A DNA stretch of 64,000 nucleotides from Acidobacteriota bacterium (GCA_039933785.1 JBDTNL010000014.1:1382-65381); one strand, 5' to 3'; numbered from the stretch's first letter, positions 18,964-28,674 are shown. Numbers and translations: made by a program. The notes: a model not told the origin generated them from the letters alone.

Positions 18964-19497
18964 TTCGGGCGCCAGGCGCGCTTCATCAAATCGGCGTACA
19001 CCGCCTTGGAACGTTCCGCGCTGTAGTGCTCGACCTGCTCGCGGCTACTGACCAGCAGTTCCAGGCTCGGCGCCTCGGCCGCCTGGCTGACGAAGTAGGC
19101 GAACTGGTGGCCGGTGCCGATCATCCGCATTCCATGAGCTTTGCCGACGGGTCAACGACCAATGGCCGCGGTCATGGATCGTCTCGGGTTCGATGTCCGC
19201 CCACTCGACGTAGAGATAGGTCAGGTCGGAGAACAGGTAGAGATCATCGCCGCCGAGAAATCCGCCGCTTTGGTCCTCGAGGTCGGTGGCCTGGGCCGTG
19301 TAGTGGCCGGCCACGGCGTCGGTGTCCAGGTCGGGCGACGCCGCCTGGACCGCGGCAACGCGTTTCTGGAGGCCCTTCAGGACTTCGGCCGCGCTGGGCG
19401 CGCCCCGCGGACTCGATGCTTGTGGAACCAAGATCCCGAACAGCAGGACGGCGGTGGTGCGTTGTCCTCGCTTCGTCATCCGGAGGGTCATCGCCAA
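18960..19497 (-). pseudogene. Secreted hypothetical protein, apparently frameshifted (two adjacent coding-like frames)
   Basis: ORF 19045..19497 has signal peptide (MTKRGQRTTAVLLFGILVPQASSP) but ends in Arg/Pro-rich tail; a +1 frame continues cleanly from ~19151 to stop at 18960 (…GHQFAYFVSQAAEAPSLELLVSSREQVEHYSAERSKAVYADLMKRAWRPN). Confidence 0.35.
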
Positions 19498-20102
19498 TCC
19501 TCGCCCCGCGAGAGCGCGGCGTAGTCCTCTGGAGTGTCGACATCCCGCACGCAGCCGGGATCGTCGACCTCTAGGATGACCAGATGCTGCGCGTGACGCT
19601 CACGGAGTTGCCGCAGACCCACCTCGAGATCGAGGGTCAAGATCTCAGGGACCAGCGCCGGAGCGATCGCCAACGGATGCCCGCTCTGCCCGCCGTAGCG
19701 CGGCTGGGCGAGCCAGGCTCCGGCCGGTTGCGACAGCGCGGCGATCACGCGCTTCACGGTATCGCCGCGCAGCAGCGGCAGATCGGCGGGGCAGATCACC
19801 AGCGGCGTCGCCATAGTCTGCGCGGCCGGCCCGCCGCCGAATGCCGCGATGCCCGCCCAGAGCGTGGAGAGCATCCCGCGTTCAAATTGCGGATTCAGCG
19901 CGAGCTCCAGGCCTTGGCCCGCTGCGAACGCCTCGAGATCGGAATTCCCCGGGGCCGTGACCACGACGATCCGCTCGACGCCGCCGTCCCGAAGCGCCGA
20001 CACCGTGGCGCCGATCACGGTCGATCCGCGAAACGGCAACAGCAGCTTGGGTGCCCCCATGCGCCGCGAGCTCCCGGCCGCCGGCAAGATCGCAATGCTC
20101 AT
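19488..20102 (-). CDS. MobA-like NTP-transferase, probably molybdenum cofactor cytidylyltransferase (MocA family)
   Basis: MSIAILPAAGSSRRMG.PKLLLPF.G N-terminal nucleotidyltransferase signature; 204 aa. Confidence 0.75.
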   Translation of the reverse strand: MSIAILPAAGSSRRMGAPKLLLPFRGSTVIGATVSALRDGGVERIVVVTAPGNSDLEAFAAGQGLELALNPQFERGMLSTLWAGIAAFGGGPAAQTMATPLVICPADLPLLRGDTVKRVIAALSQPAGAWLAQPRYGGQSGHPLAIAPALVPEILTLDLEVGLRQLRERHAQHLVILEVDDPGCVRDVDTPEDYAALSRGEDWR

Positions 20103-20176
20103 CGGGGCAATTCTACGCGCCCGCCGAGCGCGGCCGCAGGCGCGCGGAGGCCCTTGATGCAGATAGCATCCGGAAG

Positions 20177-20902
20177 GTGACGAACTCGCAGGAAAGCCAC
20201 GCGCTCTACTTCCGCCAACTCCTCGCCGGCAAGCAGGTCGCGCGCTCGCACCCCGTCGCCGGCCAGATGGCGAATTTCATGTATCTACTCGGCGATCCCG
20301 CGACGCGCAAGGCCTACGTGGTCGATCCAGCCTGGGACGTCGCCTCGCTGCTCGACGTAGCAGCGGGCGACGGCTACGAAGTCGCCGGCGCGCTGATCAC
20401 CCACTACCACCCCGACCACGTGGGCGGCGATCTCTTCGGCATTCAGGTCCAGGGACTCGCGGCGTTGCTCGAAACGCATGACGTTCCGGTCTACGCCAAC
20501 AAGCACGAAGCGCACGGCATCCACGTGATGACCGGCGTTTCCGAGGACGACATCCGCAAGGTCGAAGACAGCGACACGCTCGCGATCGGCGATCACGAGC
20601 TCCGCTTCCTGCATACGCCCGGACACACGCCGGGCAGCCAGTGCTTTCTGATCGACGGCAAACTGGTTGCCGGCGACACGCTGTTCGTGCAGGGCTGCGG
20701 CCGGGTCGATCTGCCCGGCGGCGATACGGAAACCATGTACCACACGCTGACCTCCAAGCTCGCCAAGCTGCCCACGGACACGGTGCTCTATCCGGGCCAT
20801 AACTACGGCCCCACCCTGACCTCGACCATCGGCGCCGAGCTGACAGAGAACGCTTACCTGCGCGTGCGCTCGCTCGCCGATTGGCGGCGCTTGATGGGGT
20901 GA
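20177..20902 (+). CDS. MBL-fold metallo-hydrolase (glyoxalase II-like)
   Basis: Start moved to GTG 20177 (ORF-track start lies inside mocA); THYHPDHVGG, HTPGHTPG motifs. Confidence 0.8.
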   Translation: MTNSQESHALYFRQLLAGKQVARSHPVAGQMANFMYLLGDPATRKAYVVDPAWDVASLLDVAAGDGYEVAGALITHYHPDHVGGDLFGIQVQGLAALLETHDVPVYANKHEAHGIHVMTGVSEDDIRKVEDSDTLAIGDHELRFLHTPGHTPGSQCFLIDGKLVAGDTLFVQGCGRVDLPGGDTETMYHTLTSKLAKLPTDTVLYPGHNYGPTLTSTIGAELTENAYLRVRSLADWRRLMG

Positions 20903-20937
20903 GCTACACTGGCTGCGTTGGAGAAAGGCGGTTCCCC

Positions 20938-21864
20938 ATGCGGGATCGTGCTGGCTGGCGCTGGTTCCTTTCGTTGGTCGTCCTCTTCGCCGTCACCCTG
21001 CCGAGACCCTCGCGAGCCGAGGACGTCTTCCTCAAGAATGGGCGAATCCTTCGCGGCGTTATGGCGAGCCGTGCCGGCGGCATGGTTCGCATCCAGATGC
21101 CGGGGGGAGACCTCAGCCTGGCCGATCGCGCGGTTCTGCGCATCGAGAGCTCCGATTCCGCGTACCGCGCATACCTCACCCGCCGCGAGGCCGTGAAGAA
21201 GGCTGGCGCCAAAGCAGCTGATTGGCTGGAGCTCGCGCGCTGGGCGCGCGGCGCCGGGCAGGAGCAAGCCGCACTCGAGGCGGCGCTGCTCGCTGCCGGC
21301 CTCGACGCGGAGACTCCGGGTCTGGGCGCACTCCTCGGCCAGCTGGGCTATGTTTTCGATGCTGGGAGCAAGAGCTACCTGAGCTTCGACGAGGCGATGG
21401 CCCGCTCCGGCCGGGTGCTCTACGAGGGCGCCTGGATCTCGAGCAGCGAGCGCGACGCTCGCGCGGCGACATACCGCCGGGAAGTCGCCGAGCGCGACGC
21501 GGTCGCACAGGCCGCCGCCGAGCGCCGTGAACAGCTGGAGCAAAGGAGACGAGCCGCGGCCCAGGCGCCAGCCGACGAGTACGCGAGCACGAACGGTATT
21601 CCACTCCAGTATGCCTACGGCTACGGCGGCGGCTACAACGGCTACAACGCCTACAACGGCTATGGCGGCGCCGTGCTGCCCGGCATGGTTCCTAGGTTCC
21701 CTCAGCGGCCGTGTACTTTCTGCATGCCGCCGCAGAAGCCGCAGCCGACGCCGTTCGTCCAAACGCCCGTGCCGCAACCGCGGCCGGTGACCGCGGCACC
21801 GGCGCCGAGCTCGGCGACCCGGACCTACGCGGCACCGCGTCCGTCGGCGTCGCCTCATCCGTAG
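20938..21864 (+). CDS. Secreted hypothetical protein with Gly/Tyr/Asn-rich and Pro-rich C-terminal region
   Basis: ATG 20938 with RBS GGAGAAAGG; signal peptide; YAYGYGGGYNGYNAYNGYGG low-complexity stretch then PQKPQPTPFVQTPVPQPRP. Confidence 0.6.
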   Translation: MRDRAGWRWFLSLVVLFAVTLPRPSRAEDVFLKNGRILRGVMASRAGGMVRIQMPGGDLSLADRAVLRIESSDSAYRAYLTRREAVKKAGAKAADWLELARWARGAGQEQAALEAALLAAGLDAETPGLGALLGQLGYVFDAGSKSYLSFDEAMARSGRVLYEGAWISSSERDARAATYRREVAERDAVAQAAAERREQLEQRRRAAAQAPADEYASTNGIPLQYAYGYGGGYNGYNAYNGYGGAVLPGMVPRFPQRPCTFCMPPQKPQPTPFVQTPVPQPRPVTAAPAPSSATRTYAAPRPSASPHP

Positions 21865-21889
21865 TTTTCGATCGGTCTCGATCGAGCGA

Positions 21890-22348
21890 ATGAAGACGCT
21901 GGCGCGGGTCGTGGCGTTCGCCTGCCTAGCCAACTTCGCCGCGCTGCAGGGCGCCCAATCTTTCCCACCGGATTTCTTCGCCGGCGACTACGCGCTGGTC
22001 GGCCGGGAGCCGGGCTCGGGACCTGCGTACGCCGGGCGCGCCCGCATCGAGGGTCGCGGTGCCACCCTGAAGCTTTTCCGACGGATTGAAGGCGCTGCTA
22101 CCGAGACCTACACCGGCGCGGTCGAGAAGTTGCCGGGAGGTGAAACCGAGGTGCTGCGCTTCCGCGGTCCCGCGAAGCAGCCGCGGACGCTAACCTGCCT
22201 GATCGGCGGCGATCTCGACAACTACGCGCGGCTCAGCTGCTACTGGACGTACGATGCCGACCCGCAGGTGAAGGAACCCGGCCTCGAGACGTTCTTCGCC
22301 ACCGGTGCCTGGCCCGACGACGCGCCGCATCGGCACTTCGACCGCTAG
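21890..22348 (+). CDS. Secreted hypothetical protein (152 aa)
   Basis: Signal peptide MKTLARVVAFACLANFAALQGAQS; coding-like composition. Confidence 0.55.
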   Translation: MKTLARVVAFACLANFAALQGAQSFPPDFFAGDYALVGREPGSGPAYAGRARIEGRGATLKLFRRIEGAATETYTGAVEKLPGGETEVLRFRGPAKQPRTLTCLIGGDLDNYARLSCYWTYDADPQVKEPGLETFFATGAWPDDAPHRHFDR

Positions 22349-23103
22349 GCGGCCAGGTCGCGCCTGAGCAGCGTGATCGCCAGGTCGAGATGCGTCTCGG
22401 GTGAGAGCGCGGGCCCGAGCAAGGCGGCCTGAAACGTCCGGCTAGTGAGCAAGTCGTTGCGGATCGCGTGGGGACAGCGCTCGCGGAGCGCGTCCCAGAG
22501 CCGGACGAAGTTCTCCGCCGCGTTGGGCGCCAAGCGGCCGCCGAGTCCGCGGTAGTCGAGGGTTAACTGGGCGAAATACAAAGGCCGGTGTCCGGCGGAG
22601 TAGACGTAGAGCAGACTCTCGGGCTCGCCGCGCGTCAGCTGCCGTTTGCGCTTTTCGGTGCGCGTCATGACCAGGCCCCCGGTCAGGATCGCCCGGCCCA
22701 GACTGAGCTTGCGCTCGCGCACGATCTCGGTGGTGGTCTCGGAAATCAGCCGTGAGGCTCGCAACAGCAAGCGGACTGAGGCATAGGGGATGACGTCGCC
22801 CGTGGAAGTGCCGCGCGCCGAGAGTCCTTCCGGTTCAAAGGCGAAGGTTGCCACCGCAAGACGCGCGGCCTCGCTCTCGATGTCGCCACGGGCGACTACG
22901 AAGTTCGGCAAGCCATCGTCCGCGAGGCGCCGCGAGCAGGCTTCCGCGGCGGTGCGATCGGCGAAGCGGGCGATCACCGCGGGGCTGCTCGCGCTCGCCT
23001 GGATGCGCGCCTTGGCTTCGAGCCGCGACAGCCGCAGTGCTCCGGCGAGCACCTCCACGGTGGACTCACCTCCCGGCGGATAGGGCAGCGCGACGACGTA
23101 CAT
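22345..23103 (-). CDS. Hypothetical protein (252 aa), downstream of RNase II-like gene
   Basis: Start set to ATG 23103 (N-terminal 214 aa of ORF-track ORF overlaps RNase gene out of frame). Confidence 0.5.
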   Translation of the reverse strand: MYVVALPYPPGGESTVEVLAGALRLSRLEAKARIQASASSPAVIARFADRTAAEACSRRLADDGLPNFVVARGDIESEAARLAVATFAFEPEGLSARGTSTGDVIPYASVRLLLRASRLISETTTEIVRERKLSLGRAILTGGLVMTRTEKRKRQLTRGEPESLLYVYSAGHRPLYFAQLTLDYRGLGGRLAPNAAENFVRLWDALRERCPHAIRNDLLTSRTFQAALLGPALSPETHLDLAITLLRRDLAA

Positions 23104-23120
23104 TGCCCGCTGGCGCGACC

Positions 23121-24596
23121 TCAGTGCCCGACGCGCGCGAAGTCGACGAAGCCACGCTCGACGTCGGTGCTGATCAGCTTCACCGAAACGCGATCGCCGA
23201 CATCGAGCCCCTGCCAACCCTGTTCGAGGCGCCCTTCGACCGGCGGCCGCACCAGCCGAACCCAAGTGCCCTTCTCGGAAGCGCCGGTGACGAAGCCGTC
23301 GAAACGTTGCCCGACGCGATCCTCGAGCAGCAGCGCGGCCGCGGACTTGCGTACCTGACGCTCGATCTTGGCGGCGTCGTCCTCCTGCTCGGTGCAGTGC
23401 GCTGCCAAGGACTGCAGATCGCCCACGCTGTACGGCGATGGTGCCTTCATGAGCACCGACTTCAGCAACCGCTGCGTGATCACATCGGGATACCGGCGGT
23501 TGGGCGCCGTCGAGTGGGTGTAGTCCTTGACCGCCAGGCCGAAGTGCCCGGTGGGCGAGCCGCCGGGCAGGTCGACGGCGTACTCGCCGGAGCCCATCAG
23601 CTTCACGATGGTGAGCGACAGATCGGGGAAGCGCTGCGGATCGACTTGCTTGCGGCGGAGCAGGAATGCCTCGAGCGCGCCGGCATCGGGTTCGGCGGGC
23701 AGCGCCTCGCTTAGGGTATGGGCGACTTCGACGATGCGTGCCCACCGTTCGGGCGAGCGGAGAACGCGGCGCAGCGATGGCAAGCCGTGCTGGTCGAGGA
23801 AGCGTGCGCTGACGCCGTTCGCCGCGATCATCAAGTCTTCGATCAGCTGGCGGCCGCGATTCTTCTCCTGCAACTGGAGGTCCTCGATCCGATCGCCGGT
23901 GAACACCGCGTGCGCCTCGATGGTTTCGAGGTCGAGCGCGCCTTGACGATGCCGCACGCCGCGGAGTTTCTGCGCCGCCTCATCCTGCCAGCGCAGATTT
24001 TCTTCCAGGCCCGGCACCGCGGCGAGCGGCGCCGGCGCCGGACCCTTGCCGTCGAGCCACACGGAGACGCTGTCGTACGCGAGCTTGGCCTGGTTGCGCA
24101 CCGTGGCGCGATAGACGTCGGAGCCATTGAGCTCCCCGTCGGAAGTGACCACGGCTTGGATGACCACCGCCAGGCGATCGGCGTCCTGGATCAGCGAGGT
24201 GAGATCGGTCGACAGGCGTTCCGGCAGCATGGGATAGATGCGTGCCGCGGTGTAGACCGAGGTGGTGTTCACCGCCGCGTGGCGATCGATCGCCGAGCCC
24301 TTGGAGACCAGGGCGTCGACGTCGGCGATCGCGATCAGCAGCCTGGTGTCTCCATTCGGCAGGCGCTCGGCCACTGACAGCTGGTCGAGGTCGCGCGAGT
24401 CGTCGTTGTCGATCGAGCACCAGAGCATCCCGCGCAGGTCCTTCACCTCGGCTCCCTCAGCGTGGGCTGCTCTGGTGATGGACTGCAGCTGGGCGGTGAC
24501 GTCGGCGGGAAACTCGGGCTCGAGACCCTTGTCGCGCATGACGCGGTCGGAGATTCGGATCAGGTCGGCACGATCATGGCGCTGGCGAGGTGACAT
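23121..24596 (-). CDS. RNase II/RNase R family 3'-5' exoribonuclease (RNB domain + C-terminal S1)
   Basis: RNB-domain length and motifs, C-terminal S1-like KGTWVRLV...GDRVSVKLISTD; start placed at ATG 24596 (TTG 24680 alternative). Confidence 0.8.
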   Translation of the reverse strand: MSPRQRHDRADLIRISDRVMRDKGLEPEFPADVTAQLQSITRAAHAEGAEVKDLRGMLWCSIDNDDSRDLDQLSVAERLPNGDTRLLIAIADVDALVSKGSAIDRHAAVNTTSVYTAARIYPMLPERLSTDLTSLIQDADRLAVVIQAVVTSDGELNGSDVYRATVRNQAKLAYDSVSVWLDGKGPAPAPLAAVPGLEENLRWQDEAAQKLRGVRHRQGALDLETIEAHAVFTGDRIEDLQLQEKNRGRQLIEDLMIAANGVSARFLDQHGLPSLRRVLRSPERWARIVEVAHTLSEALPAEPDAGALEAFLLRRKQVDPQRFPDLSLTIVKLMGSGEYAVDLPGGSPTGHFGLAVKDYTHSTAPNRRYPDVITQRLLKSVLMKAPSPYSVGDLQSLAAHCTEQEDDAAKIERQVRKSAAALLLEDRVGQRFDGFVTGASEKGTWVRLVRPPVEGRLEQGWQGLDVGDRVSVKLISTDVERGFVDFARVGH

Positions 24597-24676
24597 GGAG
24601 CGGAATGATACAGCCAGCTGGGATCGTGCAGGGAAGGGCGACACCGATCGAACAGGCGGCGCCCCTCCCTTATGGT

Positions 24677-25117
24677 TCAACGCGCGAACGCGTACTTCAG
24701 GTCCCGCATGCGGTCGTGACTGGCACGAACGCGCGGCAGATAGCGGGCGACCGAGGCACGAAGCTCGGCGGAATCGTCGTGGACAGCCTCTTCGCAGGCG
24801 CGAAGAAGCTGGTCTTCGGCTTCCTCCAGCTGAGATATCAACATCGGGTCGAGGTCCAAGGTAAATTTCGCCCGGACCTCGGTATAGGCCTTGCGCAGAC
24901 CCCCCTTGAGCGTGCTGTCGAGCGCGGGAGGGTCGACCAGCGTGGCGACATGAACCGAGAGATCGTTGATCAGCTCGGCCTTGGCGCTGGTTAGCGCGCG
25001 AAACACATCGCGCAACCCCGGGGCGGTGTGTTGCAGAGCCGCCCAGCTGTAGAAGTCGCGCCCATCACGAGCGAGAGGCAGGAGCTCGTTCAGGGCTTCG
25101 CTGGTCTTGTCGCGCAT
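24677..25117 (-). CDS. PA2169/DUF2383 family four-helix-bundle protein
   Basis: 146 aa, helical, DFYSWAA motif typical of PA2169 family; third gene of small-protein operon. Confidence 0.6.
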   Translation of the reverse strand: MRDKTSEALNELLPLARDGRDFYSWAALQHTAPGLRDVFRALTSAKAELINDLSVHVATLVDPPALDSTLKGGLRKAYTEVRAKFTLDLDPMLISQLEEAEDQLLRACEEAVHDDSAELRASVARYLPRVRASHDRMRDLKYAFAR

Positions 25118-25129
25118 TGCGGGCCTCCG

Positions 25130-25279
25130 CTAAAGGACTCGCCGCCCCTGGATCAGCTGGACCAAGACCATGATCACGGCGACGATGAGAAGAATGTGAA
25201 TGAAGCCGCCCATGGTGTACGACGACACCATGCCGAGCAGCCAGAGAACGATGAGGATGACAGCAATAGTCCATAGCAT
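25130..25279 (-). CDS. lmo0937-family small membrane protein (49 aa), below ORF-track threshold
   Basis: Minus-strand ATG 25279 with RBS AGGAGA 9 nt upstream; MLWTIAVILIVLWLLGMVSSYTMGGFIHILLIVAVIMVLVQLIQGRRVL matches lmo0937 family closely. Confidence 0.7.
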   Translation of the reverse strand: MLWTIAVILIVLWLLGMVSSYTMGGFIHILLIVAVIMVLVQLIQGRRVL

Positions 25280-25291
25280 TGTCGTTATCTC

Positions 25292-25732
25292 CTAGGCGCC
25301 GACCTGAGCGTGAACTTCGATAACCTTGTTGCCACTGTCGTCCGTGTTTTGGATCAACTTGACCTTGGAACCGATCGCCACTCCGGCATCGATGGTGGCT
25401 CGCACCTTGGCGTCGTCGAGGTCGAAGCTGTGCTTGTCATTGTCGCCGGTCATCACTTCGATCTTCTTGCCGGCGGTGTATTCGGTGACCGTTCCGAGCA
25501 CCGTCTGCGACTTGCTGTCGACGCTGCCATCGGGAGTCTTGATGGTGGTTGACGTCGTCGAGTTCACCGTGTCGCCGACCTTCTCGGTCGCGGACTGGGT
25601 GACCTTGGTGCCTTCCGGCGTTTCGGTCTTGGTCTTGGTTTCGCTCTTGATGGTGTCAGGGGCGGTGTTGTTACACGCGGCTCCGGTCCCCAACATGGCA
25701 ACCAACAGAATCGAACAACTTATGGATCGCAT
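25292..25732 (-). CDS. Hypothetical lipoprotein (146 aa), Thr/Ser/Lys-rich, lower GC
   Basis: Lipobox LLVAMLGTGAAC; RBS GGGAGG; first gene downstream of a sigma-54 promoter. Confidence 0.6.
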   Translation of the reverse strand: MRSISCSILLVAMLGTGAACNNTAPDTIKSETKTKTETPEGTKVTQSATEKVGDTVNSTTSTTIKTPDGSVDSKSQTVLGTVTEYTAGKKIEVMTGDNDKHSFDLDDAKVRATIDAGVAIGSKVKLIQNTDDSGNKVIEVHAQVGA

Positions 25733-25783
25733 CGCGGCCTCCCGGGACTCGGGTAGTTTGTGTGTGTCCCTGGGGAGTCATAG

Positions 25784-25799
25784 AGCAGCATTCGTGCCA
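25784..25799 (-). promoter_or_regulatory. Candidate sigma-54 (-24/-12) promoter for lipoprotein/lmo0937/PA2169 operon
   Basis: Minus-strand TGGCACgaatgCTGCT (GG-N10-GC), ~50 nt upstream of ATG 25732. Confidence 0.5.
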
Positions 25800-25893
25800 G
25801 AGGGCGGGTGGCCAAACCACGCTTTGAGGAGGCCTGGAGGGGGGCGGGCGGCCCCGCGCCGGATCGTTCGTTGCTCTTTTGTAGAAAGGACGC

Positions 25894-28617
25894 TCAGCGC
25901 CGTTCGCGGAAGCGCACGGCTTCCTCTTCGGTCACCGGGAGGCCCTGCCGGTTGATGATCCGCATATAGATCGCGTACGCGTGCTTGCGGTCGAGCGTTG
26001 TCCAGGGGAGCTCGATGTCGTAGCGGTACTTGGCGACCATGAAGGGCGAATCCTTCACCGCCACTGGAGCGGGCAAGTCGAGCATGCGGGTCTGCATGAA
26101 TACGTCGGAGCGCAGGAGCGAACGCCGCAGTTCGGCGCGCAGCATCAGATTCTCGTCGAAGCGGTAGTCGCTATAGAGCTCGAGCCGCACGCGGCCGCTC
26201 GCTGCCTCGCGATACATGCGCCCGGCGCGCAGGCGCGCGTCGGAGGAATCGATCCAATCGGCGTCGGGCACCTTCCCCATCGAATCGCTCTTGCCGACGC
26301 CCGTATCGGAGACGCCTCTGGAACCGGTCGCCAGAGGCGTGTGTTGAAAGGGTCCCGAACTGGTGCCCGGCGGTGCCGCGAGGGCCATGCCCGGCGTGGT
26401 CGTTGCCACCGTTGCGCCCACCGCGGACCCCGTGTTCGTCAGCCGCAGCGGCCGGAACATCGAATCGGTGAAGATCTCGGCCGCGTAGCCGACGTGGCTT
26501 GCGCCCCCCGCCACGCGCACCAGGAGGAGCTCCAGGAAAGCCACGTCGTCGGGGTCGGAATAGAGTTCCGACCAGCACTCGATGCAGCCCCGCCCGGTCT
26601 TGCCCGTGCTTCGCAGGTGATCCCAGTGGCGGACGAAGCCCTCGGCTTTGCGGAAGAGGTCCGCCGCCGAGGTGCGGCCATCGAACCCGATGCCGCGAGC
26701 TGCCGCCGGGTGGTTGCCGAACCAGGCGTCCAGTCGGCGTGCGATCGGCGGGTCCGTCGGCGGGCGATTGCGGCCGTTCGGGCGCCGCGCCGTCCACCCT
26801 GATCGCGACGCCGCGTTGGCCCAGGTGTCCTGGAGTGCGGGACCGAGGTAGAACTCGGCCAGCGCCCGCCAAAGGTAGCGGTCGTCCAGATCCTGCGCCT
26901 TCTCGATTTGTGCTCTGCCGGCGTCGATGTCGAGCGACAGGCTGACACCTTCACGATGACTCGCATCCTGGGGTCGCAGATCGGCGACCTCTGGGGTGTG
27001 GACCTCGGAGCCCAGGATGCCGCGCAGCAGGGCGGCCAGGCGCCCGATCTTCGCCGAGTCGGCCTCATGGTCGTGGATCTCGAGTCGGACCGAGAGCGTC
27101 TCCGGCGGCGCCTGCTTGTCGACGGGAGCGTCCAACGGCTGCGGATCGGAGCGCAGGGTGAGGATCGACCGCCGGCTTCGTTGCCGGTGATGCCACCAGT
27201 TCTGGTGCAGGTTCTGATAGCCGGCGCTGGTGGTCTCTACGTAGCGCTCGCTCGGCGTCTGGATCTCCTGCAGGACGCTCACCTTGTTGCGATCGGCCCG
27301 GAACCAGGACGGGAAGCGGGCCAAGAACGAATGCTCCCGCCGCTTGCCGTCGCGATAGCTCGAATTCAGGATCTCGACTCCGGCGCGTTGTTCGGCGGCC
27401 TGGAGGAGCGGCTTGAACTGCACGCGATGGCCGGTGCCGAGGAGCTGGGTGAACGCGGCCGCGGCGACCGGGTTCTTGAGATCGATGCGATAGACGATCT
27501 CCGAGGCTCGAAAGCCAGAGTTGTCGAACCGGTCGTTGAGCAGCGTGTAGCCGTAGTTCAAAAACAGGAGCTTCACTTCTGGGCGGATCTTGAGCGGCGT
27601 GGTCTCGAGCCCGCGCGCCGCGACGTTCTTCACTCGCACCAGAACGATGTCGTCGGCGCGCTTGACGATGGTGGTTTCGCGCAGGAAGCGCAGGAAGCCC
27701 TTGAAGTTCACTCTCGCGCCCCAGCGATCCATGCCCAGCGACACCGGCGCCACCTCGACGAAAGCCAGGTAGCTCACCGCGTCGCCACTCTGGAGCTCGG
27801 TGTTCGAGGCGTTGAACAAATCGGCGCGGATCGGAACTCCGAGATCCGCCCACACGGTGATCGGCTCGGCGAACCCCTCGAAGAAGACCGCCCCCTGCTC
27901 GGTGTCCTCGAAGTGGCGGCCGATCTGGCCCGCCAGCAGGCCGATGAAATCCGCCAGCCCGCGCCCGGCGTCATGCAGGATCTGACGGTTGAAATGCACG
28001 CCGTGTGTGGTCCAGTACTGCTGCATCTCCTCGGACGCTGTTCCGACGTGCAACCTCCGCGAGCTGCCCTCGGCGAGCGCATGCAAAGGCTCGGTGCTCG
28101 CCACGGTGATGACGAACCCGGCCTCGGTGGCGAGGCCGATGCGGAAGGGGTCCAAGCGGTCGCCCAGGTAGTCCACCTTCAGCCGGCCCTTGCCGAGCGC
28201 GGAGTTGATGCTCTGGAAGTACGAAAAGTCGTTCGTGCCGACCACGCCCCCGGGCTCGATCTCCTTGTGCCGCTCGACGACCCGGCGCTTGAAATTTGCC
28301 AGCAGCGTGAGATCCACTTTGTCGAAGGCGTGCCCGAGCTCGAACTGCAGATCGCCGAGATCCTGAAAGAGCTCGCCGTTGCGGGATTCCTTGAAGATTT
28401 CGTCGGAGAGCAGGTCCGTCGCCTCCGGCGAACGCGAGCCGTCGAAGCTGCCGAGCGCTTTCCATTCCGGGTTGCCGGCGAGGTCCGGCATCTCGCGAAT
28501 CTCGGACGCGGACTCCTGAGCGACCGCCGAGCTGGCCCAGGAGAGGCCGGCGAGCAAGGCGGCAGCACACGACAGGCGCCGACACCCGGCCAGCCGAGAT
28601 TCCGGAAAAAGCATCAT
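25894..28617 (-). CDS. Large secreted hypothetical protein (907 aa)
   Basis: Signal peptide; RBS GGGAGGG 10 nt upstream of ATG 28617; no recognisable catalytic motif. Confidence 0.75.
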   Translation of the reverse strand: MMLFPESRLAGCRRLSCAAALLAGLSWASSAVAQESASEIREMPDLAGNPEWKALGSFDGSRSPEATDLLSDEIFKESRNGELFQDLGDLQFELGHAFDKVDLTLLANFKRRVVERHKEIEPGGVVGTNDFSYFQSINSALGKGRLKVDYLGDRLDPFRIGLATEAGFVITVASTEPLHALAEGSSRRLHVGTASEEMQQYWTTHGVHFNRQILHDAGRGLADFIGLLAGQIGRHFEDTEQGAVFFEGFAEPITVWADLGVPIRADLFNASNTELQSGDAVSYLAFVEVAPVSLGMDRWGARVNFKGFLRFLRETTIVKRADDIVLVRVKNVAARGLETTPLKIRPEVKLLFLNYGYTLLNDRFDNSGFRASEIVYRIDLKNPVAAAAFTQLLGTGHRVQFKPLLQAAEQRAGVEILNSSYRDGKRREHSFLARFPSWFRADRNKVSVLQEIQTPSERYVETTSAGYQNLHQNWWHHRQRSRRSILTLRSDPQPLDAPVDKQAPPETLSVRLEIHDHEADSAKIGRLAALLRGILGSEVHTPEVADLRPQDASHREGVSLSLDIDAGRAQIEKAQDLDDRYLWRALAEFYLGPALQDTWANAASRSGWTARRPNGRNRPPTDPPIARRLDAWFGNHPAAARGIGFDGRTSAADLFRKAEGFVRHWDHLRSTGKTGRGCIECWSELYSDPDDVAFLELLLVRVAGGASHVGYAAEIFTDSMFRPLRLTNTGSAVGATVATTTPGMALAAPPGTSSGPFQHTPLATGSRGVSDTGVGKSDSMGKVPDADWIDSSDARLRAGRMYREAASGRVRLELYSDYRFDENLMLRAELRRSLLRSDVFMQTRMLDLPAPVAVKDSPFMVAKYRYDIELPWTTLDRKHAYAIYMRIINRQGLPVTEEEAVRFRERR

Positions 28618-28674
28618 GGACAGACTACCCTCCCATCAGCAGGCGCTGCGAGCCACAAGTGCCGGTGCTAAGAA

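Noticed and set aside
19026-19574. 182-aa plus-strand ORF across the mocA / secreted-protein junction
   Set aside because: Arg/Pro/Gly-rich junk frame antisense to better minus-strand genes.
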